Assembly (NCBI GenBank): GCA_043228905.1 | Contig: JBHGNT010000013.1 | Span: 17,360,001 to 17,424,000, forward strand | Reading direction: 5' to 3' | Origin: Azolla caroliniana | Taxonomy: Eukaryota; Plantae; Polypodiophyta | DNA: 64,000 bases | Shown here: piece after piece, positions 13,665 to 24,827 of the stretch | How the letters are laid out: every line of letters begins with the position of its first letter | Position numbering within the stretch: the first letter of the stretch is position 1 | Notes under the pieces: generated by a model | Database searches by the model: none | What the model was told of the DNA's origin: nothing | The model's input: only the letters and a program-made list of their open reading frames with translations | Program-made: the position numbers and the translations under genes

Positions 13665-15642
13665 TACTCCCCCTCTTTAAAACATTGCACTCTTGCAATG
13701 GAAAGTTAGGGAAGTTAGTTCTGAGAGTATTTTCGCGTTCCCATGTGGCATCTTTTATTGATTTATCCATCCATTTTATTTTAAAGTCTCGGATTTCTTT
13801 AGTACGTAATTTTTTTGTTTTAACATCGAGAATTCTTTCTAGTACATGTGGTTTAGAAGATAATTCTTCAGAAGTAACCAGAGTTTCAGTTGTAACTGTA
13901 TTGTCGATAGAACCTAGAAGTTCTTTTAGACGACTCACATGAAAAACTGGATGAATTTCAACACCATTGGGAAGAGCGGGACGATAGGCTGATGACCCAA
14001 TGCATTTGAGGACTGTAAAAGGTCCACAAAACCGTGGGGCTAACTTAGCGCACTTACCCTTAGACAATGTCTTAGAATTGTGTGGTACACATAAAAATAC
14101 TTTTTGTCCAGGGTTGAATACACAAGGTTGCCTATTATGATTGGCATAAAAACGCGCTCTATCTTGAGCTGTTTTTATATTATCTCGTGCAATATGCAAC
14201 ATATCTTCCATATCCCAAAGAAAGTTTTGCATACTTCGCAACTCATCAGGATGTATATTAATATCAATCGACGATCGTGGTTGAAAACCATACATCAACA
14301 TAAAAGGACTATATCCCGTCGATGTATGCTTGGAGCTGTTATAAGCAAACTCCAAAATTGGGAGATAATGTTCCCATTTTGTTGGTTTTGTACCAACGTA
14401 TGCTCGAAGCATGTCCTCAATAATTTGATTTACTCATTTTGTTTGTCCATCGGATTGAGGATGATCCGTGGAGCTCATGCTCAACGTAGTTTCTAACTTC
14501 TTAAAGACTTGCGTCCAGAAGTCACTAGTAAATTTTGGATCTCGATCACTCATGATAGCCATTGGTAACCCATAAAACGATTTAATAACTCATCAACGAA
14601 TTGGTAAGTCAATTTAGGAGCTGTTACCGTGGTTTTAGTAGCAATAAATCTAGCCATTTTAGTTAGTCTATCAACCACAACCCAGATGACATCATGGCCT
14701 TTTTGGGTGCGAGGAAGGCTAACAATAAAATCCATGGATATACTTTCCCACTTGTTATTGGGAATGTCCAAGGGATGTAAAAGTCCCACGGCTTTAAGTC
14801 GCTCGGCTTTGTTAACCTGACATTGGTGACATTTAGTCACATAGCTATGTATGTCAGGGCGCATCCTAGGCCAATAGAATTGAGTGGAGATGAGAACGAG
14901 TGTACGATGTATTCCAGGGTGCCCTGTTGAGGCTGCATCATGGCATTCAAAAAGAATTCTCTTTTTGACCTCAAGCAAATCTAGAACACAAACCTTCCCA
15001 TTACGGTAGAGCAGACCGTTAGCAATGTGGAAGTATTCCTTCGAGGATGTGGTGGTGTCTATTCCAGACTCAACTCTTGCCCAATATTTTGCAAAATAAC
15101 TGTCATCAAGATACTTTCCTCGAAGGTGATCATAAAGATCTGATGATATTTCAGTGAAGCTAAGCATGTTAACTTCACGGATGCGACTTAGTACATCAAC
15201 GATAGTGTTCATGGAACTTTTACGATATCGTATAGAAAAATCAAAGTCTTGGATGAAATCAGCCCATCGTGCCTTACGACCTTTCAGGTCTTGTTGGTCA
15301 CAAAAATATTTCAAAGACTCGTGGTCCGTAGTTACCACAAAGCGATTTCCATAAAGATAATGGCGCCATGTTTTGAGCGCATGTATAACTGCAAATAATT
15401 CATTTTCTTGAATGGTATACCGACATTGAGCAGAATCAAGTTTCTTATTCTCGAATGCTATTGGTTTACCATCTTGATATAAGACATCACCTATAGCATA
15501 ATCACTTGCATCGGTTTCAACCTCAAAAGGTTTCGAAGGATCAGGTAAAAGAAGTGAAGGAGCCTTGCACACCAGGTCCTTGAGTTCCTTAAAGGCGAGG
15601 TCTAGTGTAGCATTCCAGACAATAGGTTTTGTAGACTTATGT
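13651..15642 (-). pseudogene. Element A RNase H-integrase-chromodomain (disrupted)
   Basis: ETDASDYAIG, HHCC zinc finger, ISMDF, GPF motif and C-terminal chromodomain (ERILD...IKWMD...DATWE). Frameshift near 14580. Confidence 0.93.
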
Positions 15643-16421
15643 TGTCGTAGTGTATTTCGTACACTACATGAAAAACTTATAAAGTAACATTTTAGTAAAT
15701 ATAAAGAAATAGAAGAAAATCTCAAAATAAATAATACATGCATAGGGCAAGGTTCAAACCTTGCACCTACATGTTAATAATGTGAAACCTTACCATTACA
15801 CTAGCATTTCATTAGTGTTGAAAAGTAGATGTCCCACATAGAAAGGTAAGTTCAACTAGGATAAACTTTAGTTAAAAGAAAAAGGCATGCTAAAAGAAAA
15901 AGCTACGCATGCACATCTAGCATGCATAAACGCTATAGTCGATAAAAAACACACAAGTTAGAAAAAGCATGATCACTTTAGATAAAGCATATAGTCTATC
16001 TATAGGAAAAGCATGGAGTTTATAGTTAGAAAAAAAGCATGGATTACTTAGACTCCCTCATCACTACATAAGGATGGGGAACACAATGTAAAAGGGGTAT
16101 AGAATATTTGAAAATTGGATATATTTCCTAAAACACCAATTAATATATTCATGGGATTCACAAAATAAACTATACTCGTGGGATTCACGAGATTTCTATA
16201 TCCTTCTCTTTTAATCCAAATTTATATTCTTATATATATATATATATATTGATTAATAAAATTCATTATACTTGTGGGATTCACAAGTTTTCTATATCTC
16301 TTTCTTATAATCTATTCATATTGACAACTAAATTCGTCTCAAATTCTTCCTCCTCCTAGTCCAAAACCCCGGCGGTTCCCACCCGACTCACGCAAACGAT
16401 CCGGCGCCGAAAGGCACGACA
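15643..16421 (+). mobile_element. Solo LTR, family B
   Basis: TGTCGTAGTG...GGCACGACA with 4-bp TSD ATGT. Removing it restores the element A frame (KGQTHKSTKPIVW). Confidence 0.93.
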
Positions 16422-16877
16422 ATGTGTTTGACCTTTTAGAAGATCAGTAAACGTCGTTGTCAACGGGGAGTAATTACGAGGGGATTTTCACAAAAACACG
16501 ACAAAACCAAGGAATGATCGAACTTCTCGAATATTCTGAAGAGTGGGCCAAAGCTTGATTTTCTCGATGCGAGAAGGATCAATTTCAACTCCTTGTTCGG
16601 TTATGAGATGTCCAAGATAAGCAATTGATTTTTTGAAGAACTCATATTTTGAGGTCTTCGCATAAAACTGTTTGTCACGCGATGTTTGTAAAACAAAGCG
16701 GACATGTTTAACATGTTCTTGTAATGTATGGCTATAGAGTAAAATATCATCCAAGAAAATAACGACAAATTTTCCAAGTTGTTCTCGGAAAATATGATTC
16801 ATTTCTTGTTGAAATGTAGCCGGAGTATTGGTCAAACCAAAAGGCATAACCAAAAACTCATAATGGCCATAGCGCGT
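16422..16877 (-). pseudogene. Element A RT core fragment
   Basis: VMPFGLTNTPATF...FLDDIL...YLGH. Confidence 0.92.
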
Positions 16878-17576
16878 TGTCGTGCCTTTCGGCTCCGGAT
16901 CGTTGCGTGAGTCGGGTGGGAACCGCTGAGGTTTTGGACTAGGAGGAGGAAGAATTTGAGGCTAATCTAGTTATGAATATGAATAGATTATAAGAAAGAG
17001 ATATAGAAACTTGTGAATCCCACAAGTATAATTGTTTTAGTTTATCTAAATCGTAGTAATAAATTGAAATAATTTAGAATAGATTAGAGTAGATTGAGAA
17101 AAGAGATCAAACCTTGTGAATCCCACAAGTATTACATTAATCAATATTTATGTAAGAATATGAATTTAGATTGAAAGAGATAGATTATCTTAAACTTCGT
17201 GAATCCCACGAGTATATTTTATTGATTGTTGGTGTTTTAGGAAATATATCCAATTTCCCAAATATTTTTCACACACCTATTACATTGTGCTCCCCATCCT
17301 TATGTAGTGATGGGAGAGACTAAGCATAGCTACATGCTTTTTTTTTCTAATATGTTCATGCACACTAAATGTGCATGTGATGCTTTTCTAATCCTTGCTT
17401 TTATTTGCTAAATATAGTGCTCATGCACGCTAGATGTGCATGAGTCACTTTTTAGTCGCTTGCGTTTTTCTATAAAATATTCACGCACTCTAAAAATACA
17501 TGATTTACCTTTTAATAAAGGTAGGCGCAAATAAAGCACTTATAGTTATTAAATCTATTTATAGAACACTAAAGAT

Positions 17577-17645
17577 AAGGTAGCATAATGGTAAAGTTGA
17601 GGTTTGGCTACGTGGAGGTATAGGGTTCGAATCCTGCCCTATGCA
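17577..17645 (+). promoter_or_regulatory. tRNA-like Pol III cassette in LTR (antisense to element); copies at 20067-20135 (+), 15741-15806 (-), 20441-20505 (-), 24192-24260 (-)
   Basis: A-box TAGCATAATGG at 17581-17591 and B-box GGTTCGAATCC at 17624-17634. Confidence 0.75.
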
Positions 17646-17676
17646 CGTGATAAATATCTTGATATTCTTATTTTAT

Positions 17677-19329
17677 TTATTTATATGTAATTAAATCGGT
17701 TATATTATTTTTTACTTTTTCACGTAGTGTACGAAATACACTACGGCACTCGCCCCCTCCGAACCCGCACATCCTCCGGTATGTGCCGAAGTTGCCGATG
17801 CTCGTTGTCTCCCCTTCATCCTCCGTTTGTCCCGCTATGTCAACTTTGTCTCTCCATTTTGAGTAGACCCATTCTTTCCACCCGAACCATTGTCGCCATC
17901 CGATCCACCATATTCTTTGTTCATTCTTTGCATTGCCATGAGTGGTTGTCATGGTCCCTTGTGGTACTCTTGAGCATCTCGGTGTGTTGTCTCTCTCCAC
18001 TCCGCGCTTGTCCTCCGTAGGTTCTACCCACGCGTCGATGTCGACCTCCGAATACGCGCTCGCTGTTAGGTCCTTGTGCGGCTTTAATGCATGCTTTATT
18101 TCTCGATGTTGCGCATGCGTCGTATTAGGCCGTAGCGCATGCTTCGTATTCCATCGTAGTGCATGCGTCGTATTACCCCGTAGTGCATGCTTATTTTTGC
18201 ACCGTAGCGCGTGCTTCTTTTTGCGCCGTAGCGTGTGCTTCTCTTTACGCCGTAGCACGTGCTTCTTTTGGTGCCGTAGTGCGTGCTCCGTATTACATGC
18301 TTCTCCCATCGTAGACCCGACCTTCGCGTTGTCATGCTTTTGTTTACATCGGAATTTCAGACGGATCATCTTCCATCCGAACTGGCTTCCGACTTTACCT
18401 TCCTTGTTGCCACCTCCCGTCTCTCCGGTCTCACGTTGGTTCTCGGACACAACCGCCGAAGTCTCTAGAATTAGTGGGTAGGAATCCTCGGTATTATCAT
18501 CTTTCGTAGTTTCACCCATAGCCATGTTCTCCTTGGCTATCTCTCCTTCGTATGCATCGGCTTCGACCTTCGTTTCGTTGCCGCCACTTTCCTTATCTTC
18601 GGTGTTATGTCGACACCCGGGCTCCAGTACCGAAGTCTCCGAAACAATGGTGAAGGAATCCCTTCGTTCGTGCTCATTTACTTTGTCTTCCTCGTTGCCC
18701 TTCCGGTCCTCCACTTTTCCACCGACACATTCCGTCTCTCCGGTCTCACGTTGGTGCACGGGCACAGCCGCCGAAGTCTCTGGAACCGGTGTGGGGATAC
18801 CCTTTCGTCCTCGATCTTCCTCCTCCTCGTCCTTTGTTGGCCTCGACTTTGGTTCGGTTTTAAGCTCCCCTTCAATGTCGACTTGCGACTTTTCATGCAT
18901 CTCCGAACCCTTCCGCATCAAGCTCTCCTTCGGTGGTAGTCGGTGGCCGCTTTTCACCCACTGTTGACCGCCGTTCGTGGACCATGTCCTCGTCCGCTTC
19001 GGTCTTAGATAGTCATATGTGTCTCGTATAGCTTCTTCAAAGGACTCCCACATCGGGCTTTGTTGTCGTATCTCGTGGATTCTCTCTTGAAGCTCATCCG
19101 TAGCCACCCGGTTGAAAGATAACACTTGCAATCTTTCTGAGATACCATATCGCAACATCTCCATTTTGTAGTCACGTAGATAGCGTGACACGTCCTTTCC
19201 ATCGAATTGCCCGTTCTGTTGCACGAGCCGTTGTACTACTGTCGTGATCTCCGACATCTCGCGTTGTTCTTGTAGCATTCTCTCGAACATCATCATCATC
19301 ATGTTCATCGCCTCTTGTTGATTCTCCAT
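17677..19329 (-). CDS. Gag-derived ORF of element B (~550 aa) with acidic and basic repeats
   Basis: N-terminus FDGKDVSRYLRDY...WESFE aligns with Gag of element E (FSGKDATKYLASY...WEEFE). Uninterrupted; the stop lies inside the 3' LTR. Confidence 0.75.
   Translation of the reverse strand: MENQQEAMNMMMMMFERMLQEQREMSEITTVVQRLVQQNGQFDGKDVSRYLRDYKMEMLRYGISERLQVLSFNRVATDELQERIHEIRQQSPMWESFEEAIRDTYDYLRPKRTRTWSTNGGQQWVKSGHRLPPKESLMRKGSEMHEKSQVDIEGELKTEPKSRPTKDEEEEDRGRKGIPTPVPETSAAVPVHQRETGETECVGGKVEDRKGNEEDKVNEHERRDSFTIVSETSVLEPGCRHNTEDKESGGNETKVEADAYEGEIAKENMAMGETTKDDNTEDSYPLILETSAVVSENQRETGETGGGNKEGKVGSQFGWKMIRLKFRCKQKHDNAKVGSTMGEACNTEHALRHQKKHVLRRKEKHTLRRKKKHALRCKNKHALRGNTTHALRWNTKHALRPNTTHAQHREIKHALKPHKDLTASAYSEVDIDAWVEPTEDKRGVERDNTPRCSRVPQGTMTTTHGNAKNEQRIWWIGWRQWFGWKEWVYSKWRDKVDIAGQTEDEGETTSIGNFGTYRRMCGFGGGECRSVFRTLREKVKNNITDLITYK
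18080..18295 (-). repeat. 24-bp coding tandem repeat, ~9 units (HALRxxxK/T)
   Basis: GC(A/G)TG recurs every 24 nt from ~18089 to ~18281. Confidence 0.9.
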
Positions 19330-19345
19330 CTCCTTGCCACCCGCC

Positions 19346-19363
19346 TTCACGTCGGGTTCACCA
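19346..19363 (-). promoter_or_regulatory. Primer-binding site, tRNA-Trp
   Basis: TGGTGAACCCGACGTGAA, 4 nt from the LTR, complementary to the plant tRNA-Trp 3' end (...TTCACGTCGGGTTCACCA, recalled). Identical at 43804-43821. Confidence 0.85.
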
Positions 19364-20342
19364 ACTGTGTCGTGCCTTTCGGCTCCGGATCGTTGCATGA
19401 GTCGGGTGGGAACCGCTGAGGTTTTGGACTAGGAGGAGGAAGAATTTGAGGCTAATCTAGTTATGAATATGAATAGATTATAAGAAAGAGATATAGAAAC
19501 TTGTGAATCCCACAAGTATAATTGTTTTAGTTTATCTAAATCGTAGTAATAAATTGAAATAATTTAGAATAGATTAGAGTAGATTGAGAAAAGAGATCAA
19601 ACCTTGTGAATCCCACAAGTATTACATTAATCAATATTTATGTAAGAATATGAATTTAGATTGAAAGAGATAGATTATCTTAAACTTCGTGAATCCCACG
19701 AGTATATTTTATTGATTGTTGGTGTTTTAGGAAATATATCCAATTTCCCAAATATTTTTCACACACCTATTACATTGTGCTCCCCATCCTTATGTAGTGA
19801 TGGGAGAGACTAAGCATAGCTACATGCTTTTTTTTTCTAATATGTTCATGCACACTAAATGTGCATGTGATGCTTTTCTAATCCTTGCTTTTATTTGCTA
19901 AATATAGTGCTCATGCACGCTAGATGTGCATGAGTCACTTTTTAGTCGCTTGCGTTTTTCTATAAAATATTCACGCACTCTAAAAATACATGATTTACCT
20001 TTTAATAAAGGTAGGCGCAAATAAAGCACTTATAGTTATTAAATCTATTTATAGAACACTAAAGATAAGGTAGCATAATGGTAAAGTTGAGGTTTGGCTA
20101 TGTGGAGGTATAGGGTTCGAATCCTGCCCTATGCACGTGATAAATATCTTGATATTCTTATTTTATTTATTTATATGTAATTAAATCGGTTATATTATTT
20201 TTTACTTTTTCACGTAGTGTACGAAATACACTACGACAGCGTACGCAATGCCGTTTTAGGAACATCGTCCTCACTTATACGAATTTGATGGTAGCAAGTA
20301 CGGAGATCAAGTTTCGTAAAATACCGAGCTCCTTGGAGACGG

Positions 20343-21106
20343 TGTCGTAGTGTATTTCGTACACTACGTGAAAAACTTATAAAGTACTGATTTAATAAAT
20401 ATGAATAAATAGTAGAAAATATTAAAATATATATAACATGCATGGGCAAGATTCGAACCTTGCACCTCCATGTTAATAATGTGAAACCTTACCATTACAC
20501 TAGCATTTCATTACTATTAAAAAGTAAATGTCCCATATAGAAAGGTAAGTTCACCTAGGATAAACTTTAGTTAAAAGAAAAACAATGCTAAAAGAAAAAG
20601 CTACGCATGCACATCTAGCGTGCATGAACGCTATAGTCAATAAAAAACGCACAAGTTTGAAAAAAGCATGATCACTTTAGATAAAGCATATAGTCTATCT
20701 ATAAGAAAAGCATGGAGTCTATAGTTAGAAAAAAAAGCATGGATTACTTAGACTCCCTCATCACTACATAAGGATAGGGGAGCACAATGTAAAAGGGTGG
20801 GGGTGAAATACTTGGAAATTGGATATATTTCTGAAAACACCAACCAATTAATATAATCGTGGGATTCACGAAAATAATATAATCTATACTTGTGGGATTC
20901 ACAAGTTTCTTATATCTTTCTTTCAATCTAAATACATATTCTTATCTAAATACTAATTAATAAAATATATTATACTTGTGGGATTCGCAAGTTTATAATA
21001 ATCTATTCATAATTAAAATCGCCTCAAATTCTTCCTCTTCCTAGTCCAAAACCCCAGCGGTTCCCACCCGACTCACGCAAACGATCTGGCGCCGAAAGGC
21101 ACAACA
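20343..21106 (+). mobile_element. Solo LTR, family B
   Basis: TGTCGTAGTG...GGCACAACA, TSD ACGG, inserted in element A RT. Confidence 0.93.
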
Positions 21107-23050
21107 ACGGTCAATTAGATCGTCAGCCTAGGGTAATGGATACGAATTCTTGATTGTCACTTTATTCAAGCGTCAGTAATTAATACACATATGCCATGTG
21201 CCCTCTTTCTTTTTAACCAAGAGAACCGGTGCACCCCATGGAGATTTACTATAACATATATAACCCATTCGTAAATAGTCCTTGAGTTGCTTAGATACCT
21301 CATCCTCTTCGGATCGACTTAAGCGATAAGGATGTATACTTATTGGTGCAACGCCAAGTACAATATCTATACGATGGTCTATATTACTTTTAGGAGGTAA
21401 CCCATCTGGTAGTTCACTCGGAAAAACATCACGAAAATCATTTAAGATTTCATCAAGTTGTTGTTGTTCAAAATACGTTAATTGAACCGAGACATTATCG
21501 ATATTGTAAACGTGAATGTTCGGATCAAGTACACAATAAAATAGAGTAGAACAAGACAAGTCGGATATTGATGGAGAGGAAACAATTGAGAAGGATTTTT
21601 TTTTTACACATTGAATAAAATGAGTACAATCGTTCAATACAAAAGTTATTGAATGATGAGCCCAATCAATAGTTAAAGAAGAGTTTTTATTATAGAACCA
21701 GGGATAACCTAGTATTACATCAGTGGTACAAAGATTCATTACATGGAAGTCTACTTCCTCTATATAAGTATCAATAGAAATTCCTAATGAATGAATCGCC
21801 CCGTTGATGTATTGTACTCTTCCATCAGCCAAGTGCATCGTATAGGTGTGATCACTTACGGTGGGTTGGATTCCCCATATCTAAACCAAACGATCATTCA
21901 CAAAGTTGTGTGAGCTTCCCGAATCAAACAAAAATTGTACGGGAGATCCATTGATATACCCGTTTGCACTTAGTAAATCATTGGGACCCAATACATAGTG
22001 AGGGAAAGAACATTGACAATTACTTAAATGATGTGTGTAGACCCGAAGGACATTAGGAATCTGACCTTTATGGTCTGCAACTTTAGCTTTGTTGTCGTGC
22101 TCTTTCTGTTGGGGCTTTTGACATTACTCTTATGTACGACCCTTCTTTTTGCAGAATACGCAAAAAGGATGTTGTCGCTTACAATTGTGATCCATGAATT
22201 CGTTGGGTATCTTGCGTTTCCCAGCGAATTGTGACTGCTTAGTCCCAGGTGCTTCGTTGGGTTTGTTGTGGTCCTTCTTCAAAGTGCGTTGATAGCGAAG
22301 AACTATTTCAACGGCCTCTTCGAAGGATTTTGGATCCTTATCGTGCACTATCCAGTGATAGTCCGAATTAGGGATGCCATTGACAAAACAAGCTATTAAC
22401 CAATTGTCCCCTTCTAGACCCGATTTTTGGATTTGGGTTCTAGCATGGTGGACGTAGTCTTCTAGCGAAGAAAATTTCCTGCTAGAGAGGTTCATTAAAA
22501 CTTGAGCTACCTCGGTTCGAGAGGGAGGTTGTAAAAATTGGCCCTTAAAAACTGTGACAAAATCTGTCTAGTTATCGGGCAATTTCCCCAAAGTTCGGAG
22601 CCCACGCCACCAGGCGGCGGCCTTACCCCCTAGTTCTCGGCCGACATATGCAATCTTCGTACTATCTAGCGGGGGATAGAGCTCAAAATGAGACTCCCAT
22701 CGGCCCAGCCACGTGCAGATTGCTTCTTCGGTTCTTTCCTTTTTTTCTCCCGTAAATGGCTTAACGACAAACGATGGTTCACCCTATCACTCATTAGGTC
22801 TATTAGTCTCACATTGTAAACTAATGACATGTGCCTCGAGAGTACTTTGAGATTGCCGAAGTTCGGTCATTTGTTGAGCGGTGAAACTAAGGTATTGGGT
22901 TATTTGCGAAAAATACATCTCAATGGACATTTGTCCAGGAGGATTTCCTTGAGTTCCTTCCGCTTGAGCAGATGACATCGGGTCGTTATTTTGAGCCATT
23001 GAATGGTTATTTCTGGCAAAGAAATAGGATAAGGTCAGACAAATAATCAT
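21107..23050 (-). pseudogene. Element A gag-protease-RT N-terminus (multiple stops)
   Basis: Zinc-knuckle remnant CVFCKKKG, protease FLFDSGSSHNFV (~21905-21940) and RT SKSPWGAPVLLVKKKEG. Confidence 0.88.
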
Positions 23051-23642
23051 AACATCATGTCATGATGTAAACATATCATCGACAAACATTAATCGATATC
23101 ATGATCTCACGTCAATACCCCTCTAAACGTATGAGATGAGGTTCAAGATCAGGTTACTATGGTAGCACAAAGGTGTTTTAAAAACCATGGGGTTGACAAA
23201 TTAATGTCTTTCCCTGATCTCTATATCGATTTTTTCATGGCGGCTCCCCGAGGCTCAACCATGTATGTTCGCGTCATGAGTAGTTTATACACAAAAAAAA
23301 TGTTAACAATAAACTATGTTTCAGTGCCCACATATATGGTTTCAGCTCTTTAAGCCCTATTACGAGGACCCCGAAGTGCAGTTAGACCTCAAGTCTAAAC
23401 ATGTGTTATAGTGATATGTATCAACAATGTTATATGGTCTTGGTTATATTTGAACTCGAGACCTCGAGAACAAATGCATTAAACACTTGAGCCAACCAAG
23501 TAGGTTACTCTTCTTGAATGTTTAATGCTTCATTCATATAAGAGATATGCGAGGCATTTGCCCATATATGTTTTTTTAAAAGAAATATATATGTCAAGAG
23601 TCCTTATTTCCCCCTCGTTTACTACAAAATATGTTGGTACGT

Positions 23643-24712
23643 TGTCGTGAAGATTTTCGGCAATAGTGTGAAAATCCCATAAAACGTACAAAATCGAGTA
23701 TGAATCACATAATACAATAATTGTGAAGATAACATTTTAAATAAATTTAATATCTAAGTACAAAATGATGGAGGTTTCGAATGCACTTTATTACACGAGA
23801 AACGAACAACTAAATGTCAAGATATGAGGGTATAAAGTTTGTGAAAGGAAAAGAGAAAATTGTGAGATTATCCCACATAGGCACGACAAATACGGCTCTC
23901 ATCATATATAAGGTAGAGCAAAAGATATTATCTTTGTGTCTATGTGTGGAGCATAGAGAGTTCAAGGTATCTTGAACTAAGAGTGGAGGTGGGCTAGCTA
24001 CTCGTAAAGGGTTTTGGCCAACCAAAACCGAACCGGAAGAGTGGAGGTGGGCTAGCTCGTAAAGGGTTTTGGCCAACCAAAACCGGACCGGCGATGGAGC
24101 CGGTGGCAAACCGGTATCCGGTGGGGCACCGGTAACCGACGACATCCGACGACTAGATAAATAAATATATAAATATATACATATACAAAGAGGGCAAGTA
24201 AGGATTCGAACCTTGCACCTCCAAGTTAAGAGTCAATTGGCTTACCATTAAGCCATGCCATTTAGTTGAATTTATATTTCTATCATTGTACTTTTACATG
24301 TAAATTCTTATACATGAGAACTAAAATGAGTGACATGGTTATCATGCACCACATGTAATACATAAGCGCCAAATGGCAAACATGCAATTTATGCATGTCT
24401 TGTACCCTCACATGCATCATATGCATGAGAGCATCTATAAAAGAAGGAAGGGGGAGGAGAAAAAACACGTTTTTTTTATTATGAAAATTAAGAAGAAGAA
24501 ATTCGTTATCAAATTGATGGTGTAACTTGTTTCTTAAATCCAAAGATAAAAGTTCAATCAATCTCTCTCAATCGTTTAATCTCAACTTCTCTCTTTCCCA
24601 ATCTATCTTAAGTACTTTCTCGCCAAAGCTTGTACCGACTTTGAATCCTTCCGGTCCAGAATCCCGGCGGTTCCGCCTCATGATCCGCGCGTAGTGACGG
24701 ATCTTCACGATA
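23643..24712 (+). mobile_element. Solo LTR, family C
   Basis: TGTCGTGAAGAT...ATCTTCACGATA with TSD ACGT. Both ends are homologous to 46227-47620. Contains 2 x ~57-bp repeat (23980-24092) and a tRNA-like cassette. Confidence 0.88.
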
Positions 24713-24827
24713 ACGTTACCTAACCTCAAGTCTCCATACGCCGGGCATACGCCAGTGCAACCTAATGGTCAAGCCAAATGAGCCCTCTTTTTGTAGTAGG
24801 CCCACGTGGCCCATCACATGGTTACGT

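Larger units (their letters stand above)
16878..20238 (-). mobile_element. Element B: non-autonomous two-LTR retroelement (3.36 kb, no pol)
   Basis: 871-bp LTRs 16878-17748 and 19368-20238 (3 differences seen), TSD GCGT, tRNA-Trp PBS 19346-19363 and PPT 17749-17765. Confidence 0.95.

Noticed and set aside
16878-20238. Retrozyme (hammerhead-bearing non-autonomous LTR element with 4-bp TSD)
   Set aside because: No CUGANGA...GAAA core was found by eye in the B or C LTRs, and the element has a long ORF. An Infernal search would settle it.
24192-24260. Functional tRNA-Lys gene
   Set aside because: The acceptor and anticodon stems pair poorly; treated as a tRNA-derived cassette, as are the other copies.
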